DNA of 64,000 bases from Candidatus Omnitrophota bacterium (lineage in GTDB: Bacteria; Omnitrophota; Gorgyraeia; Zapsychrales; JANLHA01): positions 1,248 to 65,247 of the forward strand of contig JAKQKX010000016.1 in assembly GCA_029560465.1 (NCBI GenBank), in the 5' to 3' direction. The translations under genes and the position numbers were made by a program. How positions within the stretch are numbered: position 1 is the first letter of the stretch; each line of letters opens with the position of its first letter. Below, one piece after another: positions 27,678 through 40,948 of this stretch. The notes below the pieces were generated by a model. The model saw nothing but the letters and a program-made list of their open reading frames with translations, did not search any database and was not told the origin of the DNA.

Positions 27678-29399
27678 ATGAGGAAGAAAATGCCAGGTTT
27701 TTCCATTTCCGGCGCGTACACCGCGTTCCTTATTATTTTTATTGTTTTGATGACGGCCTGGCTGGGGCGGACCACCTGTTATATCAACGCCTGGCCATCG
27801 GACTCTGCGGCTTCGTATATTCCGACCGCCGCGAAATTGTTTGAGATGCGTTTTTTTTCGCAGATGCATGACCTGCACCTGCATGGGCTGAGCAGGCTTA
27901 ACATGAGGGGAAAAGAGGCGCTCATCGTTGATATCGCTATCCTGCAGCGGATCCTGGGAGACACAGAAAGCCTTTATCCGAACATCCTTTTATTGATCCT
28001 GTCCTGCGGGCTGTCCTCCGGGCTTCTTTTTCTGATTTTTAAGAAATTTTTTAATGCCACGGCCGGATTTGTCGCGTTTGTGCTTTTTGCCTTTAGTTTC
28101 TGGCCGTATATGTATGTCCTTTTGGGCGCGCACCAGCCCCTGGTCCTCTGCAATTTTCTTCTTTCGTTTTTCTTCCTGCAGCGTGCGGGTCCAAGGCGCG
28201 TTTATCTTTTCCTGGGCGGGCTGTTTTTTGGCCTGACTTTTTTTTCTTCCCCCACCGCTATTATGTATATGCCGTATTATGGGTTGCTGTTGTTGGCGGA
28301 TCATCAGGATTTCCGGCTCTCCCGCGTGTTTTCCAAGAAAACCGGCCAGGGGTTTTTGTTCTTTTTCGCCGGCCTGGCCGGGGTCCTACTGGCCTTTACG
28401 CTGCCGCGGCCTTTAGAGAGCCTGAAAATGTTTATTATCTATGTTTTTTTAAGCCGCGGAGGCAACCATTTTCAGTATTACGCGGATTACTTGAGCCGAT
28501 TTTTTGCGGTACCCGCTTTTTTGCGGGGAGGCGGATGGCTCTGGATTTTTAAATATTTTACGCTGACCATGCCTATCCTGTTTGCCGCGTGCGGGGTCAG
28601 CATGGCCTACCTCTTGACCCGCTCGTCTAAGCCCAGGAGGACGTTTATGCTGGTCCTCCTAGGGCTTTCCACGCCTCTGGCCGTGGAGATTATTCAGGTG
28701 GCCCAGTTCGGCCGGAATTATTTTTCCTGGTTTTTCGGGATGATTTTTCTGCTCTGCGCGGCGGTGGGATGTTACATGAACAATCACGCGCCGTTCGTTT
28801 GGAAAAAGCACAAGGTTTTTTCCGTGTCGTTAGCGGTTTTTCTGTTATGCCATGTCGTTTTTAATGCGCGTGTTTTTTTTAAAGATATCCTGCCGTCCCG
28901 CCTGGCTACGACATACGCGTATGAATGGCTACGGGAACGGAATATCGGGCAGGTGCTCGTTTACCAGGATCATCACAGCAACACATTCGCGGCGGATGTG
29001 TTGAATAATCCCAAATCACCCGTAAAAATCGAGTTCCGGGGCATCCGCTCTTTCCTGCAGGCCCGGACCGGGTATATCCTTTTGCCGGGAATCAGTGGAA
29101 CGACGATCTGGCAGGATTGTTCCCGGGACCCGTTTACCGGCGATCCGCCCTTGCAGGGGATTATTGCGGCCGGGCTTCTGCCCGAATGCGCGGCGGCCCG
29201 GTTTCCAACAGTGGCGTCGAGCCGGTACTGGCCGCAGGAAGAAGAAGTCTGCACGTACCGGGACCTTATGCTGGGGCAGGTGTCTGAGCAAACCCGCCGT
29301 TTGAGTGAAATTTATATTCTGGATGTGGCCTGTTTGCGAAAAGTTTACTTCGAGCAAGTTTTAAAAAACAGGGAAGAAGGGGAGCATGATGAAAAATAG
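27678..29399 (+). CDS. Large polytopic membrane protein (10-12 TM) with C-terminal soluble domain; possible GT-C-fold glycosyl/arabinosyl-transferase-like protein
   Basis: 573 aa. Many hydrophobic helices (FVAFVLFAFSFWPYMYVLL, LVLCNFLLSFFFL, ...). C-terminal ~190-aa hydrophilic domain. The family assignment is an inference from topology only. Confidence 0.6.
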   Translation: MRKKMPGFSISGAYTAFLIIFIVLMTAWLGRTTCYINAWPSDSAASYIPTAAKLFEMRFFSQMHDLHLHGLSRLNMRGKEALIVDIAILQRILGDTESLYPNILLLILSCGLSSGLLFLIFKKFFNATAGFVAFVLFAFSFWPYMYVLLGAHQPLVLCNFLLSFFFLQRAGPRRVYLFLGGLFFGLTFFSSPTAIMYMPYYGLLLLADHQDFRLSRVFSKKTGQGFLFFFAGLAGVLLAFTLPRPLESLKMFIIYVFLSRGGNHFQYYADYLSRFFAVPAFLRGGGWLWIFKYFTLTMPILFAACGVSMAYLLTRSSKPRRTFMLVLLGLSTPLAVEIIQVAQFGRNYFSWFFGMIFLLCAAVGCYMNNHAPFVWKKHKVFSVSLAVFLLCHVVFNARVFFKDILPSRLATTYAYEWLRERNIGQVLVYQDHHSNTFAADVLNNPKSPVKIEFRGIRSFLQARTGYILLPGISGTTIWQDCSRDPFTGDPPLQGIIAAGLLPECAAARFPTVASSRYWPQEEEVCTYRDLMLGQVSEQTRRLSEIYILDVACLRKVYFEQVLKNREEGEHDEK

Positions 29400-30030
29400 T
29401 GTCTGTCAGGCGGGTTGGTGCCTTGATATGATCAGCCTCTGGTGCATGCTGGTCATCTTTTTGACCCTCCTCCAGGGGAGGGCCTTGGCCGGTGGCGCGG
29501 CCGCCATGAAGAAACAACGTGGCCCGCAAATACAGCAGAGGATGATGCAGGAGGAGATGATCCAGCAGCGGGTCTTGCAGGAGACAGCGCGGCAGGAACA
29601 TTTGGCTCAGCAACACGCCTCGTTCCGGGAACAAGAAGCCAAGACCCGCGCGTTGTCTTCCGAGCAACTGGGCGTTCAATCGGAAGCGGACTTTTCCGAT
29701 GTGATCCAGGATCTCTTCAGGACAAGCCGCGCCTGGACACTGATGGTGGATGCGGACGCGAAAGAAGCGGTGGTCGCATATTTTTTAAAAGAGTTTCGCG
29801 GGAAAGGAATTGTGATTCAGAAACCGGCGTGGTATTATGCCGGTCTTATTGAATCGATGTCCCAGGAGTCTCCGGAAATGCTGGCCCAGCCCTTTGACCG
29901 GGTCTTGCAGGTGGTGGCAATTATCGAGTATGATTATGAAAACGGCCAGGATAAAGACATGCTGGCTTATCAGATTCTGGGCAGCAAGGAGGCCGTGGTC
30001 CAGAATCGGCAACGGTTGGGCCTTCCATGA
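29386..30030 (+). CDS. Secreted protein; Gln-rich N-terminal half and conserved C-terminal domain shared with the Lnt extension
   Basis: 214 aa. Signal peptide (MISLWCMLVIFLTLLQGRALAGGAAA). C-terminus ...VIQKPAWYYAGLIESM...PFDRVLQVVAIIEYDYENGQDKDMLAYQILG...NRQRLGLP aligns with the Lnt C-terminus ...LIRKPAAYYAQFITTM...PFSELLRLAAIMEYDFENGQNKDAMARSVLG...NRKRLGMP. Confidence 0.6.
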   Translation: MMKNSVCQAGWCLDMISLWCMLVIFLTLLQGRALAGGAAAMKKQRGPQIQQRMMQEEMIQQRVLQETARQEHLAQQHASFREQEAKTRALSSEQLGVQSEADFSDVIQDLFRTSRAWTLMVDADAKEAVVAYFLKEFRGKGIVIQKPAWYYAGLIESMSQESPEMLAQPFDRVLQVVAIIEYDYENGQDKDMLAYQILGSKEAVVQNRQRLGLP

Positions 30031-30045
30031 TCAGAGGGGGACAGG

Positions 30046-30933
30046 ATGGCGGATGCGGATATTTTAAAAACACTTTTAAGCGTTGTTGAAAAAGGCGGGT
30101 TCCTGGCGGACAGCATGATTCATGACAGCAAGCCGTCGCTGAAGCCGGATCAATCGGTCCTGACCCGGGCGGACAAAGCGGTTTCCGAGCTGGTCCGGGA
30201 CAGCCTTAAAGGATTTTTGGCCACAGGCGAGCATGCCCTGGTTGACGAAGAAGACCCTGGGAGCGCGCAGCTTTTTGGGCCGGTCATGTCCGGCGCGTAT
30301 CAATATGTTTGGTCCCTGGATCCTATCGACGGGACAAGGGCGTATTCCAACCAGATGCCGGTTTACGGGGTGTCCCTGGGGGTCCTGCGCGACGGACAGC
30401 CGTGGATGGGGGCTGTTTTCTTTCCGTCTTTGCGGGAATTTTATTATTGCAACGGCCCGGAGGCCTTTTTTGTGCGGAACGCTTTCACGCCTTCGGCCTC
30501 TGAACAACGGATCGGCCCGCTGGACCAGGACATCACCCCGCAATCGGTCTTTTTGTCCTCCGATCATTTTTTGCGCCGGTACCGATGGGACACGGCGTTT
30601 TGCCAGATCATGATGCCCACGGTGGCCGTGGTGGAGCTGTGCTGGCCGGCCATTGGCCGGGGATGTGGCAGTTATTTCGAAGCCAACTTCTGGGATTTTG
30701 CCGGGGCTTGGCCGGTGTTCCGCGCGGCCGGATTGGACCTGCGTTGCTGCAAAACCGGACAGGTCCTGGACCGGTTACGGAGAGACGCTTTTATCGGGAA
30801 AGGTCCAAAAACCTGGCGCATGAGCGGTGATTATATTTTATCTTCCAGCCGTAATTATCCTCTTATTAAGAAGCACATCAAGCCTTTTCCTGCCTGGCTT
30901 AAGGTGGCGTGGAAAGCCGTTCCCATGATGTAA
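30046..30933 (+). CDS. Inositol-monophosphatase-family phosphatase
   Basis: 295 aa. IMPase signature WSLDPIDGTRAY. RBS agaggggg. Confidence 0.75.
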   Translation: MADADILKTLLSVVEKGGFLADSMIHDSKPSLKPDQSVLTRADKAVSELVRDSLKGFLATGEHALVDEEDPGSAQLFGPVMSGAYQYVWSLDPIDGTRAYSNQMPVYGVSLGVLRDGQPWMGAVFFPSLREFYYCNGPEAFFVRNAFTPSASEQRIGPLDQDITPQSVFLSSDHFLRRYRWDTAFCQIMMPTVAVVELCWPAIGRGCGSYFEANFWDFAGAWPVFRAAGLDLRCCKTGQVLDRLRRDAFIGKGPKTWRMSGDYILSSSRNYPLIKKHIKPFPAWLKVAWKAVPMM

Positions 30934-31053
30934 ACATCGGGGGCCGGATGGGGGCTGTTTTCTTTAAAGCTGGAATTAAAACAGATCATTTTCCGCGGGG
31001 ACACAGGGGTGGTTTATCGTCGACATTAAAGCCGTGCGGCAGCGGGATAACCC

Positions 31054-31081
31054 TTGACAAAAAGCCTTAAAATGATATATT
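31054..31081 (+). promoter_or_regulatory. Sigma70-like promoter (TTGACA-16nt-TATATT) for carA-carB-purF-pyrG
   Basis: ccCTTGACAAAAAGCcttaaaatgaTATATTg. Shares the 14-mer CCTTGACAAAAAGC with the amt leader promoter. Confidence 0.55.
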
Positions 31082-31136
31082 GATGCAGGCTCCCAAAGAA
31101 GGGTCTTGCCTGAATTCCTCAACATTTGACTCACAC

Positions 31137-32249
31137 ATGAAAGAAGCGATCTTATATCTGGAAGATGGTACGAGCTTTATAGGGCGTACGCTCGGCACCC
31201 CTGGAGAAACTGCAGGAGAAGTGGTTTTTAACACCGCTATGACCGGCTACCAGGAGATTCTGACCGACCCGTCTTATGCCGGGCAGATTGTCGTTATGAC
31301 ATATCCCCTGATCGGCAACTATGGGGTGAACGCGGAAGATGCGGAGTCCAACGGCGTCCATGTGAAAGGCTTTGTCGTTAAGGAGTTCTGCCGCCGTCAT
31401 TCCAATTTCCGGGCCGATCAAAGCTTGATCGATTATCTGGACCAGCATCATATTATCGCGATGGAAGGGATCGATACCCGGAAGTTGACCCGTCATCTGC
31501 GCCAGCGCGGGGCCATGAAAGGGTTGATTTCAACGGACGATTTTAATCCGGAAAGTTTGGCTGGGAAAATAGCCCGGGTCCCGGCTATGGCCGGAAGCGA
31601 CTGGGTCAAGGAAGTGACAGCCAAAGAAAAGTATGTCTGGCCTGCGGACGCGTCTTTCGGGGCTCCGGGATACAGAGTGGCGGCGCTTGACTGCGGGATT
31701 AAGTTTAATATTTTGCGGATATTGTCCAGGCTGGGATGCGAAGTGCATGTCTTCCCGGCGCGGTCGACCTATGAGCAGATTATGGCTGTCCAGCCAGCCG
31801 GCCTTTTCCTCTCGAACGGGCCTGGAGACCCGGCGGCTTTGGATTACGTGATCAAGACGGTGCGTCAATTCATCGGCACCCTGCCGATTTTTGGTATTTG
31901 CCTCGGCCACCAGATTCTTGGGTTGGCGCTTGGAGGCCAGACGTACAAGATGAAATTCGGGCATCACGGGGCCAACCATCCGGTTCAGGACATGCGGGAT
32001 AGCAGGATCGGGATTACCTCCCAGAATCATGGCTTTTGCGTGGATTTGGAGACGCTTCCTAAAGACGAGGTGGAGCTTATGGCTTTGAATCTGAACGACC
32101 GGACGGTTGAGGGGATCAGTCACCGGAAATTCCCGCTCTATTCGGTTCAACATCATCCGGAGGCCGCTCCCGGGCCCCATGACGCGCAATATCTGTTCCG
32201 GGAGTTTATCGCGATGATGAAACAACACAAGAATCACTCACAGCCGTAA
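31137..32249 (+). CDS. carA: Carbamoyl-phosphate synthase small (glutaminase) subunit
   Basis: Starts MKEAILYLEDGTSFIG (canonical CarA N-terminus). GATase triad region GICLGHQ. The ORF track start 31080 overlaps the predicted -10. Confidence 0.9.
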   Translation: MKEAILYLEDGTSFIGRTLGTPGETAGEVVFNTAMTGYQEILTDPSYAGQIVVMTYPLIGNYGVNAEDAESNGVHVKGFVVKEFCRRHSNFRADQSLIDYLDQHHIIAMEGIDTRKLTRHLRQRGAMKGLISTDDFNPESLAGKIARVPAMAGSDWVKEVTAKEKYVWPADASFGAPGYRVAALDCGIKFNILRILSRLGCEVHVFPARSTYEQIMAVQPAGLFLSNGPGDPAALDYVIKTVRQFIGTLPIFGICLGHQILGLALGGQTYKMKFGHHGANHPVQDMRDSRIGITSQNHGFCVDLETLPKDEVELMALNLNDRTVEGISHRKFPLYSVQHHPEAAPGPHDAQYLFREFIAMMKQHKNHSQP

Positions 32250-32317
32250 CCGGTCCGCGGCGTAATAACGTCCCCCGGATGGCGCTTTTGTCGAGAATTT
32301 GTAAATAGGTTAACCTC

Positions 32318-35605
<3,288 letters not shown>

Positions 35606-35608
35606 TTT

Positions 35609-36982
35609 ATGTGTGGAATTATCGGAATTTCAAATCATGATGAAGCCGCCCGGGTGGCTTTCTGGGGGTTGTACGCCCTGCAGCACCGCGGAGAAGAATC
35701 CGCCGGCATTGTGAGTTTTGACGGTAAGAAAGCCCATGCCATCAAGAACATGGGGCTGGTGTCCGACACCTTCAGCGAGAAATCATTAGACACGCTTAAA
35801 GGAAAGTGCGCTATCGGGCACACGCGTTATTCCACGATGGGGTCGAACAACATAAAGAATGTCCAGCCGTTTTGGGTGACCCACAAGAGCCGCCCCATCG
35901 CCGTGGCGCATAACGGGAATTTGACCAACACGGAGAAACTGTACAGGGAGCTTGAAGAAGAAGGGGCGATTTTTCAGACGACTATGGATTCGGAGATCGT
36001 GATTCATCTCCTCGCCCGGAGTAAGGGTGAGGACATGAAAGACCGGTTTTCCCGTGTGCTCTCTGCGCTGGAAGGCGCGTTTTCTCTGATTTTTTTAGTC
36101 GGGGATATGGTGGTCGGCGCCCGCGACCCGCAGGGGTTCCGGCCGCTCTGTCTTGGGAAAATTAACGGGAGTTATATCCTGGCGAGTGAAAGCTGCGCCT
36201 TGGATTTAAGCCGGGCGGAGTTCGTTCGGGAAATTGAGCCTGGCGAGATTGTTTTTATCCGCGGCGAAGACATTGAATCTTTCCGGTTCGCGCCTCGGGC
36301 CAGCAAGTCGGCCCAGTGCATTTTTGAAAATATTTATTTCTCCCGCCCGGACAGCCATATTTTTGATGACAATGTTTACCTGGTCCGCAAGCGCCTCGGC
36401 GCCCGGCTGGCCCAGGAGCATCCTGTGAAAGACGCGGATTTTGTGATGTCTTTCCCTGATTCTGGGAGTTACGCCGGGATCGGGTACGCACAGGAACTCA
36501 ACCTGCCTTTTGAGATCGGCATTATCCGGAATCATTATATTGGGCGGACTTTTATTCAGCCCACGCAGCTGGCGCGGGACGCCGGGGTCCGGGTGAAGCT
36601 GAACCCGATCCGGGAACTGCTGAAGGGGAAGAAAGTCGTTGTCGTGGATGATTCGATCGTGCGCGGCACGACCAGCCGGAACCGTATTGCGGAGTTGCGC
36701 CGGGTTGGCGTTAAGGAAATCCATTTGCGCATTTCCTGCCCGCCGATTCAATCCCCCTGTTTTTACGGCGTCGATTTCCCCAGCAAAAAGGAGCTGATCG
36801 CCGCCAGCAAGTCGGTCGAAGAGATCGCGCAATATATAGAAGTCGATTCCCTGGGATACCTGAGCCTCGAGGGGATGCTGTCTTGCATGAAGCACCCTAA
36901 AGATTTTTGCTCAGCGTGTTTTACCGGCGAGTATCCGGTCAACATCCCTGAGAATAAAAGCAAGTATCTGTTGGAAGTCTAG
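35609..36982 (+). CDS. purF: Amidophosphoribosyltransferase (glutamine PRPP amidotransferase)
   Basis: 457 aa. MCGIIGI N-terminal nucleophile. PRTase motif [14 protein letters not shown]-terminal Cys cluster for Fe-S. Starts 3 nt after carB. Confidence 0.93.
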   Translation: MCGIIGISNHDEAARVAFWGLYALQHRGEESAGIVSFDGKKAHAIKNMGLVSDTFSEKSLDTLKGKCAIGHTRYSTMGSNNIKNVQPFWVTHKSRPIAVAHNGNLTNTEKLYRELEEEGAIFQTTMDSEIVIHLLARSKGEDMKDRFSRVLSALEGAFSLIFLVGDMVVGARDPQGFRPLCLGKINGSYILASESCALDLSRAEFVREIEPGEIVFIRGEDIESFRFAPRASKSAQCIFENIYFSRPDSHIFDDNVYLVRKRLGARLAQEHPVKDADFVMSFPDSGSYAGIGYAQELNLPFEIGIIRNHYIGRTFIQPTQLARDAGVRVKLNPIRELLKGKKVVVVDDSIVRGTTSRNRIAELRRVGVKEIHLRISCPPIQSPCFYGVDFPSKKELIAASKSVEEIAQYIEVDSLGYLSLEGMLSCMKHPKDFCSACFTGEYPVNIPENKSKYLLEV

Positions 36983-37068
36983 GGCCGCGGCGCGCGGCTG
37001 GCGCCCCGGTAAAAGCACGAACAGGTTGGCTATTAATATTTTTTGACAATTGGAACCAGGGTGACGCT

Positions 37069-38676
37069 ATGAGTAAATTTATTTTTGTGACCGGAGGAGT
37101 TGTTTCCAGCTTGGGAAAAGGCATCGCCGCGGCGACTATTGGAAAACTTCTCGAAGCCCGCGGTTTGACCACGAGCCTTATTAAATGCGACCCGTACCTC
37201 AACGTGGATCCGGGGACCATGAGCCCCTTTCAGCACGGCGAGGTGTATGTGACAGATGACGGGGCCGAGGCTGACTTGGATTTGGGGCATTACGAGCGTT
37301 TCACCAATGCCAGCATTTCCCGGGACAGCAGCATCACGACCGGGAAAATTTATTATTCGGTGATCACCAAAGAACGCCGGGGGGATTATCTCGGGAAGAC
37401 GGTGCAGATTATCCCTCACATCACGGATGAGATCAAGCACTCCATCCGGCTCGTCCCTCACAATAAACCGGTGGATATTACGATTGTGGAGATCGGCGGC
37501 ACAGTGGGGGATATTGAGGGCCTTCCTTTCCTGGAGGCGATCCGTCAGATGCGCTGGGAACTGGGAGAAAGCTACGCGCTTAATATCCACGTGACCCTTT
37601 TGCCGTATATCAGGGCTGCGGGAGAACAGAAGACCAAGCCGACCCAGCACAGCGTGGGGCGGCTGCGGGAAATAGGCATCCAGCCGGATATCCTTTTATG
37701 CCGGACGGAAAAACACATTAATAAGGAGCAGAAAGATAAAATCGCTTTGTTCTGCAACATTGACAAGGAAAGCGTGATCGAAGCCGGTGATGTGAAGCAT
37801 ATTTACGAGGTGCCGCTGTCGTTTAAACGGCAAGGGCTGGACGACCTGATCCTTAAGAAATTAAACATCAAGGCGGCGGACAACGATTTGAAGGACTGGA
37901 ATATGAATGTTGTGCAGCGGCTAAGGAACCCGTCCCATGAGGTGAAGATTTCCGTGGTCGGGAAATATATTTCGCTGCCGGACGCCTATAAATCCATTTA
38001 TGAGGCCCTGGTGCATGGCGGCATCGCCAATGACACCAAGGTGGTTATCAATAAAGTGGATTCCGAAGACCTGGAAAAAGAGAAAGACCTCCGTAAATAC
38101 TTGGGTGACTCGCATGGGATTTTGATCCCCGGCGGGTTCGGCAACCGGGGGATTGAAGGTAAAATCCGCACGGTTCAGTTTGCCAGGGAAAATAATATCC
38201 CCTTTTTCGGGATTTGCCTGGGCATGCACGTTGCCACGATAGAGTTTGCCCGTAACGTCTGCGGTTTGCGTGACGCCAATTCCACAGAGTTTGACACGAA
38301 CACAAAACACCCCGTGATCAGTTTGCTGGAAGAGCAAAAGAGCATCGCCGAGATGGGGGCCAGTATGAGGCTGGGTGCGTACACCTGCAAGCTGCTGAAA
38401 AGCTCTGTGTCTTACGGCGCGTATAAAAAAGAAAGTATCAGTGAGCGCCACCGGCACCGCTATGAATTCAACAATAAATATAAGAAAATGATGGAGCAGA
38501 AAGGGATGGTGTTCGCAGGACGTAATCTTCAAAAAGATTTGGTGGAGGTGCTGGAGATCAGGAAGCACCCCTGGTTTGTCGCTTGCCAGTTTCATCCGGA
38601 GTTTAAGTCAAAGCCGGACCGGTGCCATCCTCTTTTCAGGGAGTTTATTAAATCGGCCTTGATGAAAAAAGCGTGA
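37069..38676 (+). CDS. pyrG: CTP synthase
   Basis: 535 aa. [19 protein letters not shown]. GATase domain GICLGMH. Confidence 0.95.
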   Translation: MSKFIFVTGGVVSSLGKGIAAATIGKLLEARGLTTSLIKCDPYLNVDPGTMSPFQHGEVYVTDDGAEADLDLGHYERFTNASISRDSSITTGKIYYSVITKERRGDYLGKTVQIIPHITDEIKHSIRLVPHNKPVDITIVEIGGTVGDIEGLPFLEAIRQMRWELGESYALNIHVTLLPYIRAAGEQKTKPTQHSVGRLREIGIQPDILLCRTEKHINKEQKDKIALFCNIDKESVIEAGDVKHIYEVPLSFKRQGLDDLILKKLNIKAADNDLKDWNMNVVQRLRNPSHEVKISVVGKYISLPDAYKSIYEALVHGGIANDTKVVINKVDSEDLEKEKDLRKYLGDSHGILIPGGFGNRGIEGKIRTVQFARENNIPFFGICLGMHVATIEFARNVCGLRDANSTEFDTNTKHPVISLLEEQKSIAEMGASMRLGAYTCKLLKSSVSYGAYKKESISERHRHRYEFNNKYKKMMEQKGMVFAGRNLQKDLVEVLEIRKHPWFVACQFHPEFKSKPDRCHPLFREFIKSALMKKA

Positions 38677-38758
38677 GGGGGCGGGGTATATCCGGCCTGG
38701 CTGTTTAATAAAAAATTTTTCATATTTTTAAAAATTACGGTACAATACTAATCATTTT

Positions 38759-38840
<82 letters not shown>

Positions 38841-38917
38841 CTATTTTAATCTCCGGCGCGCCGGGCTTCTGGACAGCCAGGAAGCGGTGCGACGGGCCGA
38901 CCTTTATTAGAGGCTCC

Positions 38918-39637
38918 TTGAAATTGAACAAACCCATTTTAGTCAGCGCGAGTATTTTGTGCGCGGATTTTTCCTGCCTTAAAGAGGAGATACGCCGTTG
39001 TGAAAACGCCGGCGTGGACATGCTGCACGTGGATGTGATGGACGGGCATTTCGTGCCCAATATCACAACCGGGCCGTTGCTGGTCTCCGCTATCCGCCCT
39101 CTGACCCGGCTGCCTTTGGAATCTCACTTGATGATTGAGCATCCCGGCGATTATATCGATGAATTCTGCCGCGCGGGGACGGATATCGTGTCTATTCACG
39201 CGGAATGCTATGGCCCGTTAAAAGAGGGCTGCCGGGATTACGGGCAGTACCCCAAAGAAGTGAGTTCCGTTGACCCGGCACTGGCTCTGGCCGATATCCG
39301 CAAGATCAAGGCGCACGGGAAAAAGGTTCATATGGTGATCAGCCCGGGCACCCCCTTGTGCATTGACGCCCTGCTGGATGATCTTGACGGCGTTTTGATT
39401 ATGTCGGTTAATCCCGGGTTTCCCAAACAGAAGTTTATGCCGGAGGTTTTGCCGAAAGTGACACGGTTGAGAAGCTGTTTTAAAGGGGATATCGCCATAG
39501 ATGGCGGGATCAACGATAAAACCGCTCCGGCCGCCGTTAAAGCCGGGGTTAATATCCTGGCGACGGCGAGTTATTTCTTCGGGGCTCCTGACCAGCGGGA
39601 AGCGGTCAGGCTGCTTAAAAGCCTTTCCACCGGTTAA
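38918..39637 (+). CDS. rpe: Ribulose-phosphate 3-epimerase
   Basis: Homology begins ...KPILVSASILCADFSCLKEEIRRCENAGVDMLHVDVMDGHFVPNIT. Probable TTG start at 38918 with AGAGG 5 nt upstream. The ORF track start 38816 overlaps the tRNA. Confidence 0.8.
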   Translation: MKLNKPILVSASILCADFSCLKEEIRRCENAGVDMLHVDVMDGHFVPNITTGPLLVSAIRPLTRLPLESHLMIEHPGDYIDEFCRAGTDIVSIHAECYGPLKEGCRDYGQYPKEVSSVDPALALADIRKIKAHGKKVHMVISPGTPLCIDALLDDLDGVLIMSVNPGFPKQKFMPEVLPKVTRLRSCFKGDIAIDGGINDKTAPAAVKAGVNILATASYFFGAPDQREAVRLLKSLSTG

Positions 39638-39718
39638 AATATCTTTATTCCTCTGAATTGAAAAAAACAGGGGGTTGTGCTATAGTTCTTGTAGGCAAAA
39701 GAAAGGATTTTTTCCACG

Positions 39719-39949
39719 ATGTTTTTTACTCTTCAAAAAGACAGATCCGTTTTTCCACGGAGAAAGAAAGCCCAGACCGCCATTGAATACCTGCTTGTGC
39801 TGGGGGTGGTGACGGCTGTTACTTTGGTGGGGTTCCGTCTTTATGTGCCTTTGGCCCGGGATGACGCGAACAGGTATTACCTGTCTCTTTTAAGAGGCGT
39901 TTACGGTAATTCGCCGCCCTGGGACCCGTCATTTAATGCCTATCCGTGA
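39719..39949 (+). CDS. Flp/Fap-family (Tad-type) pilin-like small protein
   Basis: 76 aa. ...RRKKA|QTAIEYLLVLGVVTAVTLVGF matches the Flp prepilin X|XXXXEY processing motif plus hydrophobic helix, but has Ala rather than Gly at -1. No tad/cpa genes adjacent. Confidence 0.5.
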   Translation: MFFTLQKDRSVFPRRKKAQTAIEYLLVLGVVTAVTLVGFRLYVPLARDDANRYYLSLLRGVYGNSPPWDPSFNAYP

Positions 39950-39965
39950 GTTGTTTATAAGCGTT

Positions 39966-40916
39966 TCAGTCTTTTTCTTCCTGCCGGTTGTTTTTCCTTT
40001 TATCCCGAACATAGTTGCTTTGCTGAAAGCTTTTGGCGTATTTTTTTAGCTCCGCCCCGATTTCGCTGATCTGGGCTACGTGGGTGATGGCCGCGGCTTT
40101 ATTGCTGACAATCCCGATGGAAATGGAGAGAAGCCCGGTTTTGATTTCGTTCCCGAGCCGGTCTTTCCCTATGATGTATCCGGCGCTTTTATCGTTTTCG
40201 TTGTAGAAACTGGGCGCGATCGCGTCAAATTGTTCGATAACCGCCTGGCAGACGTCGTCCATTATGTTATCGTCGGCGATAAAGACAAAATCATCCCCGC
40301 CGATATGCCCGATAAAGCTTTCCGGGCCGACTTTTTTCCGCACGATGGTGACCAGCAGCCGGGCGATTTCTTTAATCACTTCGTCGCCTTTTTTAAACCC
40401 GTATTTGTCGTTATATATTTTAAACTTGTCGATGTCCGCGTAGGCCACGGCAAATTCTTTGCCGCTGGAGATGTTGGCCTGAAATTCTTCCATGATAGAT
40501 GTGTTCCCCGGCAAATGCGTGAGGGGGTTGGCGTCCAGGCTGCGGACCGTGCGGCGCAGGATCATCCGTATCCTGGCCAAAAGCGATTCCGGATCGAACG
40601 GTTTGACGATATAATCATCTGCGCCGGCGTCAATGCCCCCGATCATGTCTTTCACTTCGCCTTTTCCTGTCAGCATGATCACAGGGATGTGTTGCAGGAG
40701 GATGTCTTTCTTGATGGTGCGGACAAATTCCCTGCCGTTCATGATCGGCATCATATAATCGCAGATGATCAGGTTTGGGATTTGGGTTTGTATCATATCC
40801 AGGGCCTCTTTGCCGTTCTGGGCCTGGATCACGTCATACGATTCGGACAACGTGAGGTCCAGGACGTCCAGGATGTCCGGATCGTCATCAATCGTGAGTA
40901 TTTTTTCCTTGTGCAT
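39966..40916 (-). CDS. Response regulator with REC and GGDEF (diguanylate cyclase-like) domains; signature reads GGDDF
   Basis: 316 aa. REC: ILTIDDDPDILD...LIICDYMMP...K. GGDEF region NPLTHLPGN... VAYADIDKFKIYNDKYGFKKGDEVIKEIA... GHIGGDDFVFIADD. Confidence 0.8.
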   Translation of the reverse strand: MHKEKILTIDDDPDILDVLDLTLSESYDVIQAQNGKEALDMIQTQIPNLIICDYMMPIMNGREFVRTIKKDILLQHIPVIMLTGKGEVKDMIGGIDAGADDYIVKPFDPESLLARIRMILRRTVRSLDANPLTHLPGNTSIMEEFQANISSGKEFAVAYADIDKFKIYNDKYGFKKGDEVIKEIARLLVTIVRKKVGPESFIGHIGGDDFVFIADDNIMDDVCQAVIEQFDAIAPSFYNENDKSAGYIIGKDRLGNEIKTGLLSISIGIVSNKAAAITHVAQISEIGAELKKYAKSFQQSNYVRDKRKNNRQEEKD

Positions 40917-40948
40917 GGCGTCTCCTTTGCTTCAGCGGTGCCGCGTCG

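Noticed and set aside
31080-31136. Upstream ATG start for carA
   Set aside because: It overlaps the predicted -10 element. CarA homology begins at MKEAILYLEDG (31137).
36206-38595. Several 200-230-aa minus-strand ORFs (36206-36895, 37033-37650, 37921-38595)
   Set aside because: They are antisense to purF and pyrG and look like spurious open frames.
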